This document shows, one piece after another, positions 51,253 to 63,837 of a stretch of 64,000 nt of DNA. The translations under genes and the position numbers were made by a program. The DNA is taken from contig CM075988.1 in the NCBI GenBank assembly GCA_038087875.1, forward strand, positions 25,608,001 to 25,672,000, in the 5' to 3' direction. The notes under the pieces were generated by a model. That model had not been told where the DNA came from. It worked only from the letters and a program-made list of their open reading frames with translations, and did not search any database. Origin of the DNA: Malacoraja senta (Eukaryota). The stretch's first letter is position 1. Each line of letters opens with the position of its first letter.

Positions 51253-51766
51253 CTCAGTCATTTTATTGTTTTCTGGGCTATTGTTTTCAGGTTTTCTGCA
51301 GTTGCAGAGTTTTGCTCTAGAGTGCCCTGTATAATGTTGTCATTATTATATACTGGGTTTCACTGAAGTCATTTCTTTTCTGGTTGAATTTCGCATGACA
51401 AAGAATCCTAAAACTACTGAACAATAGTTTTGACATCAGCAAAGCCAACACTTGTGTGCGTTCCCAGAAAAGCAACTCCTGAGAGTGGTCTCCACTGAAT
51501 GCAGCAGGTCCAAGATCAGTTCTTCCACCGTGCAATCCAATCCAGCTGTTGATCACTTGTGCCAGATGTGGCCTTCCTGACTTGGAATAATTCTCTTGTT
51601 TTGCTCCTCTGTCGTTTTGGAAAACATGGTTTTTAAAGTTAAAGTCAATTTTATTCGTCACATACACCCGAAGGTGCAGTGAAATGAATTTGCCAGCAGC
51701 GACACACTTAAAAACAACACACAATACACAGTAAACTTTAACACAAACATCCACCACAGCATTCTT

Positions 51767-52728
51767 GGAGGAGGAGCCATCTTGGAGGAACGGCTGCTAA
51801 TCAGCAGCCGTCCGTTAAAATCACTTTTTTTTTTTTAGTTTTTAGCTTTTTTATTTCTTTGTTTGTTTGGGGAATTTTGACTTTTAATGTGGGGGGGTAA
51901 GGGGGAAACTATTTCTAGGTCCCTACCTGGTCGGTGAGGCAGCTTTTTCTCCGGGCTGCCCCGTCGACCCGTCCTCGTGGTCTACCAGCGGGCATGGAGC
52001 GCCGTTTCCTGACGGGGGCCGCCCAGCACCTTCAGCTTCGGTGGCGGCACAGCGCTGGAGCGCTATCGGAGAACGTAGCGGGCGATGCCTTGCCTGGGTC
52101 GCCGCGCTGGATCGATGCGCTGGAGCTCCGGTATGCGGTGACCGCCGAGATCAACACCTCCGGGCTGCGGGACTGCGGAGCGACCAGCCGCGGGCGGCAG
52201 CCCCGACTTTAACATCGGGAGCCTCGTGGCTCCAAATCGGTGCGGCCCTGTCGGCTTCAGGTGCCATCGACTCCGCTGGGAAACCGGCCGTTCCAGCCAC
52301 TGCGAGGACTCTCCCGACGGCCAGGAACATTGGGCCTCCGTAGAGGCAACTGTGGTGGCCTCGATGGGCCTGACTCTGGGTAGAACTGGGTTGGGGACTG
52401 GACATTGTGCCTTCCCCCACAGTGGTGGTCATTGTGGGGGGATGATTTTTGTGTGCTGTGTCTGTTGGTCTTTGTTCAAGATGGCGGTCGTAGGGGAGAG
52501 TGGACGCTGGCGCGGTTTGGCTGCCGCTGCTCTCTCCTCAAATTGTGTTTCTTATTTTCTTTTTGTGCTTTTGTAATTGAATTCTGTCCTTGATTTGTGT
52601 ACTGTGGTGTTTTTATATTTAATTTACTCCGATTATGTTTTTTGTATTTTTGTGATTTTTTGCCTTGTAAGGTGTCCTTGGGTGTTAGAAAGGCGGCAGC
52701 AAATAAAATGAATTATTATTATTATTAT
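51767..52728 (+). mobile_element. Apparently full-length non-coding CpG-rich retroposon with L2-type tail
   Basis: Starts ggaggaggagccatcttg; ends tgtaaggtgtccttgggtgttagaaaggcg...aataaa...(att)n; second copy at 58442; inserted in a relative (51636-52780, -). Confidence 0.8.
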
Positions 52729-53154
52729 TCTTCACTGTGGTGGAAGGCAACAAAGTTCAGCCAGTCCCCCTCCTTTTGGTTCAGAATTGACTTGCTACTG
52801 TTTCAAGTATCTGATAGCCTTGTATTTACAGACCCAAGTGCCTGAGATAATGCAGCATAGTTATATAATCACCAGGTAATGGAGGTGAGCTGGATTGAGT
52901 GTGAGCCTGAGACAACAAGGTTTCAAGTTGCCCTCCACGGTAAACTGTTGCCAAATGTACAAGCTATTGAGAAGAATGAAACTGGATGAACTAGAAGTTA
53001 GACTTATCCTCGAGAACTGAGGGACTGCTGTGTGCTCTGTTTCACAGAGACATGGCTCACTCAGAGAGTCATAGAGTCCTACAGATTCCTTCAGCCCAAC
53101 TTGTCCAAGCTGACCGACATGACCCAGTGTGTGAGCAGTTGACATCATTGCTAG

Positions 53155-53494
53155 GCGGACAAAAGTGCTGGAGAAACTCAGCGGGTGCAGCAGCATCTAT
53201 GGAGCGAAGGAAATAGGCAACGTTTCGGGCCAAAACCCTTCTTCAGACTGATGTGGGGTGTGGGGGGTGTGGGGGGGGGGAGAAGAAAGGAGAAAGGAAG
53301 AGGAGGAGCCCGAGGGCTGAGGGAGAGCTGAGAAGGGGAGGGGACAGCAAGGGATTGGAGATACCAGAAATTGGAGAAGTCAATGTTTATGCCGCTAGGG
53401 TGCAGACTCCCCAAGCGGAATATGAGGTGCTGCTCCTCCAATTTTCCGGTGGTGCTCACTCTGGCCATGGAGGAGGCCCAGGACAGAGAGGTCT
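53155..53494 (-). mobile_element. Penelope-like element 3' end: GIY-YIG C-terminal remnant, UTR and pLTR with hammerhead
   Basis: DLSVLGLLHGQSEHHRK/LEEQHLIFRLGSLHPSGINIDFSNF (one frameshift) matches the E..(W/L)I..L..L.P.G.N motif of PLE endonucleases; 16-bp TSD ttgacatcattgctag (53139-53154, 53495-53510). Confidence 0.88.
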
Positions 53495-53974
53495 TTGACA
53501 TCATTGCTAGTTGCTGAACATCCCCACTGGGGCAGTGAAGGGCAGCTACTGGTGACATTGGGTGGAGAAGTAGTGACAACCAGGAAGGGGGGTGGACTCA
53601 CATTTTCCATGGATTGGCACTTTGTGATTTTGAACAGTTTCCTGATCAGCGATTCCCACGGTGCGATGCCCATCCCTCGGACCGAGATACATGTTCTGGT
53701 GCTGGGCAGTGTCAAGAGCATTGTCCAGTCTGTTGATTCAGCTACTTAAACAAGAGACCTCATGGACATTTCCGTCAAAAACAGCAATCTGGGCTCATTA
53801 AATAATGCTCTCCTCCCCCGGCACAAACAAACAGAGCCACATGGAGGTGAAACAATATTATTCATCATTATTATCCTTTCTAATAGTGTGTGCAGCTGCT
53901 GCAAGTATTTTGTAGAGAATACTCTGCAGGGCAAAACGTTGCACTGAAATCAGGCGATTCCAATTTAGCCGGCG

Positions 53975-54260
53975 CTTCAAGGACGTACCTTTAGGAAGGA
54001 GATGAGGAGGGATTACTTTTGTCAGAGGGTGGTGAATCTGTGGAATTCATCGCCACAGAAGGCTGTGGAGGCCACGCCAATGGAATATTTTTAAGGCGGA
54101 GATTGACAGATTCTGGATTAGTACGGGTGTCAGGGGTTACGGGGAGAAGGCAGGAGAATGAGGTTGAGAGGGAGAGATAGATCAACTATGATTAAATGGT
54201 GGAGCAGACTTGATGGGCCGAACGGCCTAATTCTGCTCCTAGAACGTATGAGCTGTGAAC
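53975..54260 (+). mobile_element. CR1 3' end
   Basis: Same subfamily as 12150-12470. Confidence 0.8.
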
Positions 54261-54645
54261 TTCATTATAGTTGACCAGGAGTCCTGCGATGTCAGAGATG
54301 CCGTCTTTTGGACAAGACCCTATACTGAAGATGGGGATGCCCTTTCAGATAGATGTAAGATGTACCCATGGCTATTCAGATAATAGCAAGCTTGTTCAAT
54401 CTCGTATACTGGCCAATACTTTGCCCTCAGCCACCATTGGTGAATTATATTCTTGCGTCAATCATGCATGGATGTCTGTGGGACGTGGCTGTGGGGACAT
54501 TAGCTGCTCCATCTCCAACTCTACACCAGAGGGGATGGTCTAGCAAGTCTGGAGGCTACGCAAAATGATAGATCAATGAAAGTCTTTCTTCCATCTTGTG
54601 CAACTGATCTTTTCCAAGGATGAGAAGAAATGTATTTTGCCAGAG

Positions 54646-54967
54646 AGCGGCACGGTGGCACAGCGGTAGAGTTGCTGTATCAAAGCGCTTGCAGCACCAG
54701 AGACCCGGGTTCGATCCCAACGACGGGCGCTGTCTGTACGGAGTTTGCACGTTCTCCCCGTGACCTGCATGGATTTTCTCCGATATCTTCAGTTTCCACC
54801 CACACTCCAAAGACGTACAGGTTTGTAGGTTAATCGGCTTGGTACATGTAGAAATTGTCCCTGGTGTGTGTAGGATAGTGTTAATGTGCGGGGATTGCTG
54901 GTCGGTGCGGACCCGGTTGGCCGAAGGGCCTGTTTCCGCGCTGTATCTCTAAAATTAAACTAAACTG
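54646..54967 (+). mobile_element. Full-length HE1-type SINE
   Basis: gcggcacggtggcacagcggtagag...ggttcgatcc...ctgtatctctaaaattaaactaa. Confidence 0.88.
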
Positions 54968-55237
54968 AGAGGGTGGGGCGAATCTTTGGAATTAATTGCC
55001 ACTGACGGCCGTAGCTCTAGGCCAAGTCATTGTGTATTTTTAAAGCAGAGATTGATCAGTTCTTGATTAGCAAGAGCATCAACGGATACGGGGAGATGGC
55101 CGGAGAATGGGGTTGAGAGGGAAAAATAGATCAGCCATGATCAAATGGTGGAGCAGGCACAATGGGCCGAATGGCCTTATTCTGTTCCTGTGTCTCATGA
55201 TCTTATTCTCACCAGGAGACGACCCACAGATGTCAGA

Positions 55238-55405
55238 GGTAGACAAAAGAGCTGAGAAACTCAGCGGGTGCAGCAGCATCTATGGAGCGAAGGAAATAGG
55301 CAACGTTTCAGGTTGAAGAAGGGTTTCAACCCGAAACGTTGCCCATTTCCTTCGCTCCATAGATGCTGCCTCACCCGCTGAGTTTCTCCAGCATTTTTGT
55401 CTACC
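55238..55405. mobile_element. Palindromic pLTR pair (family A)
   Basis: ggtagacaaaa...ttttgtctacc. Confidence 0.85.
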
Positions 55406-55683
55406 CTATATATATCTATTACTTTCTTTGCTTCATTTTATTTGACATGGAAGATTTTGCAACCTTCCCCCTCTGATATTGGCCAATTTACTGTCAAATA
55501 CTGGAAGAAGAGGTCAAGTCAAAGTCAAGGGTGTGTATTAGTCATATCCATGGACCAGACCAATGGAATTCTTACTGGCTGCAGCTTCACAGACGCATTA
55601 GATGCAAACAACAATAAACGTGCCATAAATGATCAATTATTCTAAGTACGCTAGACCATGTTGGCGCAAAAACCAAAGAGCGT

Positions 55684-55923
55684 AAAGGGCCTGTCCCACT
55701 TACATGTCCTTGGCATGCAAATTACGCTACCTCGTGGTCGCGTTGAGCCGCGACGGTCCCGCGATGGTCACGCGCGATTACATGCGTACGCACAGCCGTC
55801 TGGAGCACGTGACGTCATTTGTGGGACCGGCCCCGCGCGGCCACACGATGCCCGTGCGTCTCAACGCGACCACGAGGTCGTGTACTTTGCGTGCCAAGGA
55901 CACGTAAGTGGGGCAGGCCCTTT
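55684..55923. mobile_element. Near-fully palindromic MITE (Harbinger-like)
   Basis: aaagggcctgtcccacttacatgtccttggca / tgccaaggacacgtaagtggggcaggcccttt. Confidence 0.8.
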
Positions 55924-56447
55924 AAAAACCAAAGTCCATGGTGGTTTGATGTGAAGGTTGGGTTGTGGGGTGGGTTGTACGGGATGGTTCAGGAACCTGA
56001 TGCTGATGGGAAGAAGCTATTCTTGAACTTGGGAATAGTTGTTCTCAGGCTCCTGCACCTTCTTCTCAAAGGTAGTAATGAGAAAAGAGTGGAGCCAGCG
56101 TGGTCTGGTATTTGATGATATTGACCACCTTCTTCATGTTCATGAGTGAGTGGAGCAGAATTAGGCCATTCGTCCCATCAAGTCTACATTCAATCATGGC
56201 TGATCATACATGATACTCGGCAGGTCAAGAAGAATATACAGAGAGAGAAACAGTTAAGATGTTTTTTTCCATCAGGACCAGGAAAACCTAAAACCATAAA
56301 CGTGGATTAGAGATGGGAGAACAAAGGATATGTCTGTGTAAAAGACCATGATGGAAATAGTGGTAACGTCAGTGAAAGATGGTCAATGTTTGTTAACTGC
56401 AAATGATCCACCTGGAGGAGATGAAACTAGGAGGAGAAAAATGGCAG

Positions 56448-56678
56448 GTAGACAAAAGTGCTGGAGAAACTCAGCGGGTGCAGCAGCATCTATGGAGCGA
56501 AGGAAATAGGCAACGTTTCGGGCCGAAACCCATCTTCAGGCATCAGTCAGACTGAAGAAGGGTTTCGGCCCGAAACGTTGCCTATTTCCTTCGCTCCATA
56601 GATGCTGCTGCACCCGCTGACTTTCTCCAGCACTTTTGTCTACCTTCGATTTTTCCAGCATCTGCAGTTCCTTCTTAA
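56448..56678. mobile_element. Palindromic pLTR pair (family A) with tail
   Basis: Intact + core at 56552-56579; ends gttccttcttaa. Confidence 0.85.
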
Positions 56679-57261
56679 CCACAGATGTCAGAACCTGGTT
56701 CAACTTGTGCAAGGGGAGTGAGCAGCCTATTTATTCTCTTCTCATATTTCATATTTGGCAGCACCTTCTCCTCAGGCGAGGATGTGGAAAGGCAAATCCA
56801 TCGTTGTCCAAATGTGTGGGTTTCTCAACCCCGTTGATGCATGAGTGCCCCCACACCATCCGACCCAGGATGATATCCGGAGCAAAGGCTATAAACGACC
56901 CTTTAAAAAAATTGTCGGAGTTTTAAAGGATGTTGTTTTCAAGAGGAAGGAGGTGGGAATGGAGGGTTGGAGAGGGGAGAAACACATGATGAATGGGAGT
57001 AGTCTGTGTCAGGGCTAAATGTAGTCACTCCACTAATTCATGGGTTGAGCAAACCAGTGCAGTCTGGCTGTGGTGAGCGGCTCCAGTTTGCAACGAGCAA
57101 TATTCTACACAGACACATGGCTCCAGGCCCAGGCAAGTCGTAGGTTCTGCCACATCAAGAGGCAAGAGCATTTCATTGTTATACGTCGCAGACAGAACAA
57201 TGAGATTCTTACATGCACCAGCACATCAGAAGATGTAAACAGTACTCTATAAAGAATATCA

Positions 57262-58427
<1,166 letters not shown>

Positions 58428-58441
58428 AGTGCCCTCCATAA

Positions 58442-59367
58442 GGAGGAGGAGCCATCTTGTGGAACTGCTGCTAACCTGCAGCCGTCCGTTTAAATTACTT
58501 TTTTAATGGTTTTAGTGAGTCTCCGTTTTGCTTGTAGGAGACATTCTACTTTTTAATGTCTGGTGAAGGGGGCAACGAAATTTCTAGGTCCCTACCTGGT
58601 CGGTCCCTTTCCTGGCGGGAACCGCCCTGCACCTCGGTTTGGTGGCGGCAGAGCGTTGCCGCGGAGCGTAGCGGGCGATGCCTTGCCTGGATCGCCGCGC
58701 TGGATCGTCGCGTCGGAGCTCCGGTAGGCTGTGACCGCCGAGGTCAACACCTCCGGGCCGCGGGACTGCGGAGAGGATCGGGCGGCGCCGACCTTAACAT
58801 CGGGAGCCTTGGAGCTCCAAACCGGCGCGGCCTTGTCAGCTTCGGTAGCTGCGGCCTCCGGTGAGGAATGCGGCCGTTCCAGGTGGCCCAGCCGCTGCGA
58901 GGACTCTCCCGACGCCGGGCCAGCATCACCCGGTGAAAACGGCCAGGAACATCGGGCCTCCGTAGAGGCAATAGCGGAGGCCTCAATAGGCCTGACTTTG
59001 GGTGAACTGGGGTTGGGGACTGGACATTGTGCCTTCCCCCACAGTGGTAATTCATTGTGGGGGGATGATTTTTGTGTGTTGTGTCTTTGTTAGTCTGTGT
59101 TCAAGATGGCGGTCGGAGGGGAGAGTGGACGCTGGCGCGGTTTAGCTGCCGCTGCTCTCTCCTCAAATTGTGTTTCTGATTTTCTTTTTTGTGCCTTTGA
59201 AATGAATTCTGTCCTTAAGTTGTGTATTGTGATGTTGTTGATGTCCTTACTATATTTTTTATTTTTTTATTCTGCTTATATGTTTTGTAATCTGCTTATC
59301 TGCAAGGCGTCCTTGAGAGTCTTTGAAAGGCGCCCATAAGTGTAATGATAAATAACAAATAAAAATA
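58442..59367 (+). mobile_element. Second copy of the L2-tailed CpG-rich retroposon
   Basis: Collinear with 51767-52728 from the identical 5' start to the aaggcgtccttgagagtctttgaaaggcgc tail. Confidence 0.8.
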
Positions 59368-59699
59368 ATGTTTGGGACAAAGACCCATCATTTATTTATT
59401 TGCCTCTGTACTCCACAATAGAAAAAAATCACATGTGGTTAAAGTGCACGTTGTCAGATTTTATTAAAGGCCATTTTTATACATTTTGGTTTCACCATGT
59501 AGAAATTACAGCTGTGTTTATACACAGTTCCCCCATTTCAGGGCACCATAATGTTTGGGACACATGGCTTCACAGGTGTTTGTAATTGCTCAGGTGTGTT
59601 TAATTGCCTCCTTAATGCAGGTATAAGAGAGCTCTCAGCACCCAGTATTTTCTCCAATCTTTTCATCACCTTTGGAAACTTTTATTGCTGTTTATCAAC

Positions 59700-59900
59700 A
59701 TGAGGACCAAAGTTGTGCCAAAGAAAGTCAAAGAAGCCATTATGAGACTGAGAAAGAAGAATAAAACTGTTAGAGACATCAGCCAAACCTTAGGCTTACC
59801 AAAATCAACTGTTTGGAACATCATTAAGAAAAAAGAGAGCACTGGTGAGCCTACTAATCGCAAAGAGACTGGCAGGCCAAGGAAGACCTCCACGGCTGAT
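59700..59900 (+). pseudogene. Tc1 transposase N-terminal DNA-binding domain (truncated)
   Basis: MRTKVVPKKVKEAIMRL...VRDISQTLGLPKSTVWNIIKK...TGRPRKTS (paired-like HTH plus GRPR motif). Confidence 0.88.
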
Positions 59901-59939
59901 GCACAATCAACTACACCCTTATTCAAAAGGCTAGCTCGG

Positions 59940-60255
59940 GGCAGGACCAGAGGACAGAGCCTCAGAATTAAAGGGTGTTCCTTTAGAAAGGAGAAGAGGA
60001 GGAATTTCTTTAGTCAGAGGGTGGTGAATCTGTGGAATTCGTTGCCACAGAAGGCTGTGGAGGCCAGGTCAATGGATATTTTTAAGGCAGAGATAGATAG
60101 ATTCTAGATTAGTACAGGTGTCAGAGGTTTTGGGGAGAAGGCTGGAGAATGGGGTTAAGAGGGAATGGTAGATCAGCCATGATTGAATGGCAGAGGTATT
60201 ATTGATGGGCCGAATGACCTAATTCTGCTCTTATCACATGGACATGAACTTATGA
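59940..60255 (+). mobile_element. CR1 3' end
   Basis: RTRGQSLRIKG...WNSLPQKAVEARSMDIFKAEIDRF. Confidence 0.85.
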
Positions 60256-62146
60256 ACATAATGTAATGCAAATTGGGAAGTAAATCAATGATTGTCTCAG
60301 AGAAAGAAAGAAATCTGCCACAGTCAGAGCAGAACAAAACATGCATTATATCTAAGAGTTGACGGCTAGTAACTGTGATAAATAATGTTGGTGCTTAGAG
60401 ATAACAGCCCAATCCCAATGGCAGTAATGTCCAGAATACATTTGTTGATCTTCAGCCTGATCTCAGTGGAATACTTCCAATAGCTCACCACTGTCCAAGG
60501 TATTCACCGAAGGACATGATGTACCAGGTGTTGTCTGGCCAGCTCGGGGTCTTTCATTACATCTAATGAATGGTTGCTTGTTCCCAGTCACGTCACTGCT
60601 GGGAGCTGAGGTGATGCTTAAACTAAGGCTGGTTGTGGAGAAAATCGCCACAAACTCTGCTCGGGCTCCGCACTGAGGTGAACAATCCACCTAACACCAG
60701 TCTACACTCACACCACCCCATCTGGCATGATGTGCTAAAACTCCTCCAAGACAAGTTGTGTATTAATGCACCCCCTCGTGCTTCAGTGGGTTGTGCAGTT
60801 GGTATTTGATGAGGATTTAGAATCGAATGGTTTTCATTTGGAGGCCGAGTCCAGACCAGAGGGCAGGTTTGATGCATGATTGGGTGATGATAAGATCAGG
60901 TTTGGCTGTAATTGGCGGTTGGCTTGATGAATGGCCTCCATTGTCCCAGTCCACATGTGACCAGTGGATTGAGTGCCTATGGTGCGGCCGACAGCTACAG
61001 AGCAGCGGTCCAAGCATTGGAGAGGAGAGGTCAAGAAACCTCTTTACAAAAAGATCTGCTGGCAGTACGGCTGGAATTCTCTGCATTTCATTGTGCTGTG
61101 GCTGGGGCGGAGAAACCATTGTTCATTGTGAACAGGAAAGGAAGCATTATAATTCCAATTTGACTTTGTAACGCACTGTGTAGATTGGCTGCCCCTTGAT
61201 TATCGTCACGCTGGGTAATTGGAAATGGAAGAACAGAATAATGATGTTCACTATATGTGAAATGCCCCACTTTAAATATGAAGCCTGTAAATTGCTTCGT
61301 GTCTCTGTACAGTGGGAAGAAATTAAATGTGGCACCAATGAATTAACCAGGTGATGTATCCGGAGTGAAGCTACGCTACTTGCGTCCGTGCTGTCGGTGA
61401 ATAAACAGAGATCATTGCCCTACCATGCTGACTCCCACAGACAAACCACGGAGGAATCTCAGTTTATATTTCAGATTTCCAACAAGCACAGTATTCGGAC
61501 GTGCTTATTCTTGATTTGTACGGGTGTCAGGGGTTATGGGGAGAAGGCAGGAGAATGGGGTTAGGAGGGAGAGATAGATCAGCCATGATTGAATGGTGGA
61601 GTAGACGTGATGGGCCGAATGGCCTAATTCTGCTCCTAGCATGCCAACATGTCCCAAAGAGGGTTGGGTGTGGGGGGGGTGGTGTGGGTGGGGGTGGTAT
61701 GGGGGGGGGGTGTGGGGTGGTGTGGGGGGGGGGGTTGGTGTGCGGTGTGGGGGTGTGGGGGGGCAGGTGGTGTGGGGTGTGGGGGCGGTGGTGTTGGTGG
61801 GGGGGTGTGTTGGGGGGAGCACCCAAAGGAAACCCACATGATCTCGGGGAGAACATGCAAATTCCACACCTGCGATGAGGATTGAATGAACGACCACTGC
61901 TGGAGTTGTACAACTTTGTGTTGTGTTACACGATGGCTCTTGAGCCAGCTTCCATGGAATGTGGAGAGAAAAAAACATTTCCTTTAAAGAATCCTTTAAT
62001 GAGGAGCCAAGTGATAATTAGACATGTCTGAAGTTTTGCTGCAAGTTCTGCCAAGCTGTTGCTGCGTCGGTTACTGAGGGTGGGTCCTGACTGGACACGA
62101 TAGTGTAAAGTAAGTGAACAGTAGTGGGCAGCCAGTGTGTATATAC

Positions 62147-62385
62147 GTGTAGGAAGGAACTGCAGATGCTGGCTGCAACTGAAGATAGACACTGGAGTAA
62201 CTCAGTGGGTCAGGCAGCTTCTCTGGGAAAAGAAATAGGTGACATTTCAGGTCAGTCTGAAGAAAGGTCTTGGCCCCAAACGTCACCTATTCCTTTTCTC
62301 CAGAGATGCTGTCTGACCCGCTGAGTTACTCCTGTAGTTTGTGTCTGTCTTCGGTTTAAACCAGCATCTGCTGTTGCCTTCCTAC
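62147..62385. mobile_element. Palindromic pLTR pair (family B), tails on both arms
   Basis: gtaggaaggaactgcagatgctgg / ccagcatctgctgttgccttcctac. Confidence 0.78.
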
Positions 62386-62844
62386 TCAAAATTCATGTCG
62401 CCTGCTTGACCATTGTCCAAGTTCGAAATTCCAGCCAACTTATCTAAAACTATAGCTGGAGGAATTAATATTAGTTTCTTGAGGAATTAACCTTGTTACA
62501 TTCTTCAGAAACTCGAAGTGCTTTCTTCAGCTTTATGTGGTGGAATTTACTTGATCCTGGAAATTTAAAGTAGCAGAATCGAATATTTAATTTGTGGCTG
62601 TGTTTTCTTACTGAAGTACTGATGGAAAAGCTCATTGTAACACGTTTCTCTACTCTTCACGCTGTGCGACCTTTACCTTGCTTTTAGTCATTTATTCATG
62701 ACACACGGACGTCACAGAATCTTACAGTGATGGAAGAGGAAGTCATTTAGCTTCTGTTGTCTGAGCTGTGTTGTTGAAGAAGTTACTCAATTGTGGGTTC
62801 AAGGTCTCATCGAGACTTAATCTTGCAGTGTTAAGCGTGCTGAG

Positions 62845-63165
62845 ACCACCCTTCATTCTCCTGTGCTCCAAGGAATAAAGTTGTAGACTACCCAACCTCT
62901 CCCTATAGCTCAATCCATTGAGTCCTGGGAACTTCTTTATAAATCTTCTCCATGCTCTTTGTAGTTTAATGGTATTATTCCTCTGACAAGGTGACCAACG
63001 CTGAATACAATACTCCAAGTATGGCTTCATCAACATCTTGTACAACTGCTACATAATGTCCCAACTACCTTACTCAAACCCATGCCTGATGAAGGCCAGC
63101 GTGCCACAAGCTACTTGCCTGTAACACCACTTTCAAGTAGCGGCCTGTCTGTACTTCTAGATCCT
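62845..63165 (-). mobile_element. Old CR1 fragment
   Basis: YKMLMKPYLEYCIQRWSP...GLSYRERL. Confidence 0.75.
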
Positions 63166-63167
63166 TT

Positions 63168-63345
63168 GTGTAGGAAGTTACTGCAGATGCTGGTTTACAC
63201 CGAAGATAGACATAAAAAGCTGGGGTAACTCAGCGCGACAGGCAGCATCTCTGGGGAGAAGGAATGGGTGACTCTTCTTCAGACTGAATGGTCTCGACCC
63301 GAATTGTCACCCATTCACTGAGTTACTCCAGCATTTTGTGTCTCT
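63168..63345. mobile_element. Degenerate pLTR palindrome
   Basis: Family B arms. Confidence 0.7.
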
Positions 63346-63837
63346 GGTAGATCCCCCTGCTCCACCACACACCCAAGTTTGACTTCTCAAGTCAAGTCAA
63401 GTCAAGTCACTTTTATTTCTATAGCACATTTAAAAAACAACTCTCGTTGACCAAAGTTGGTGGACTTGGTCTGAATATGGTCGCTTTCAGATTACTGTTG
63501 TGGGACCTTGCTGTGTGGAAATTGGTCGCTGTTTTGCCTACTTCACCACAGAAAATGCATTGAAAGTATTTCAATGAGTGGAAGGTACTTGCGAGAGATG
63601 TGTAAGATGACATATAAATGCGGATCAAGGGACTGAGCGAGAGAGGAGGAGGAGGCGAGCAGGCAGGAGAGGAGAGTAACAGAGGAAGGTAACAAGGCAG
63701 GGAGTTGTCAGGGCTGCAGGAGGCACCAAATATCACACTGCAAGTGAGAGTAACTCAATGACAGGAAGGAAGAGATCACACACGAAGAAGCTGTCAGATG
63801 GGACAGAAACAGCGAATCAAAGAATGATCAAAACAAA

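Noticed and set aside
51934..52576. CpG-island promoter or GC-rich ORFs
   Set aside because: Lies in a dispersed repeat with a second copy at 58442; the ORFs are not conserved between the copies.
59685..60107. 140-aa fusion protein
   Set aside because: Chance in-frame junction of a truncated Tc1 transposase and a CR1 ORF2 end.
60463..60690. Possible minus-strand terminal exon
   Set aside because: Weak polypyrimidine tract, no homology recognised, no partner exons.
61660..61820. Gly-rich / Pro-rich ORFs
   Set aside because: G/T-rich low-complexity tract; G-quadruplex potential only.
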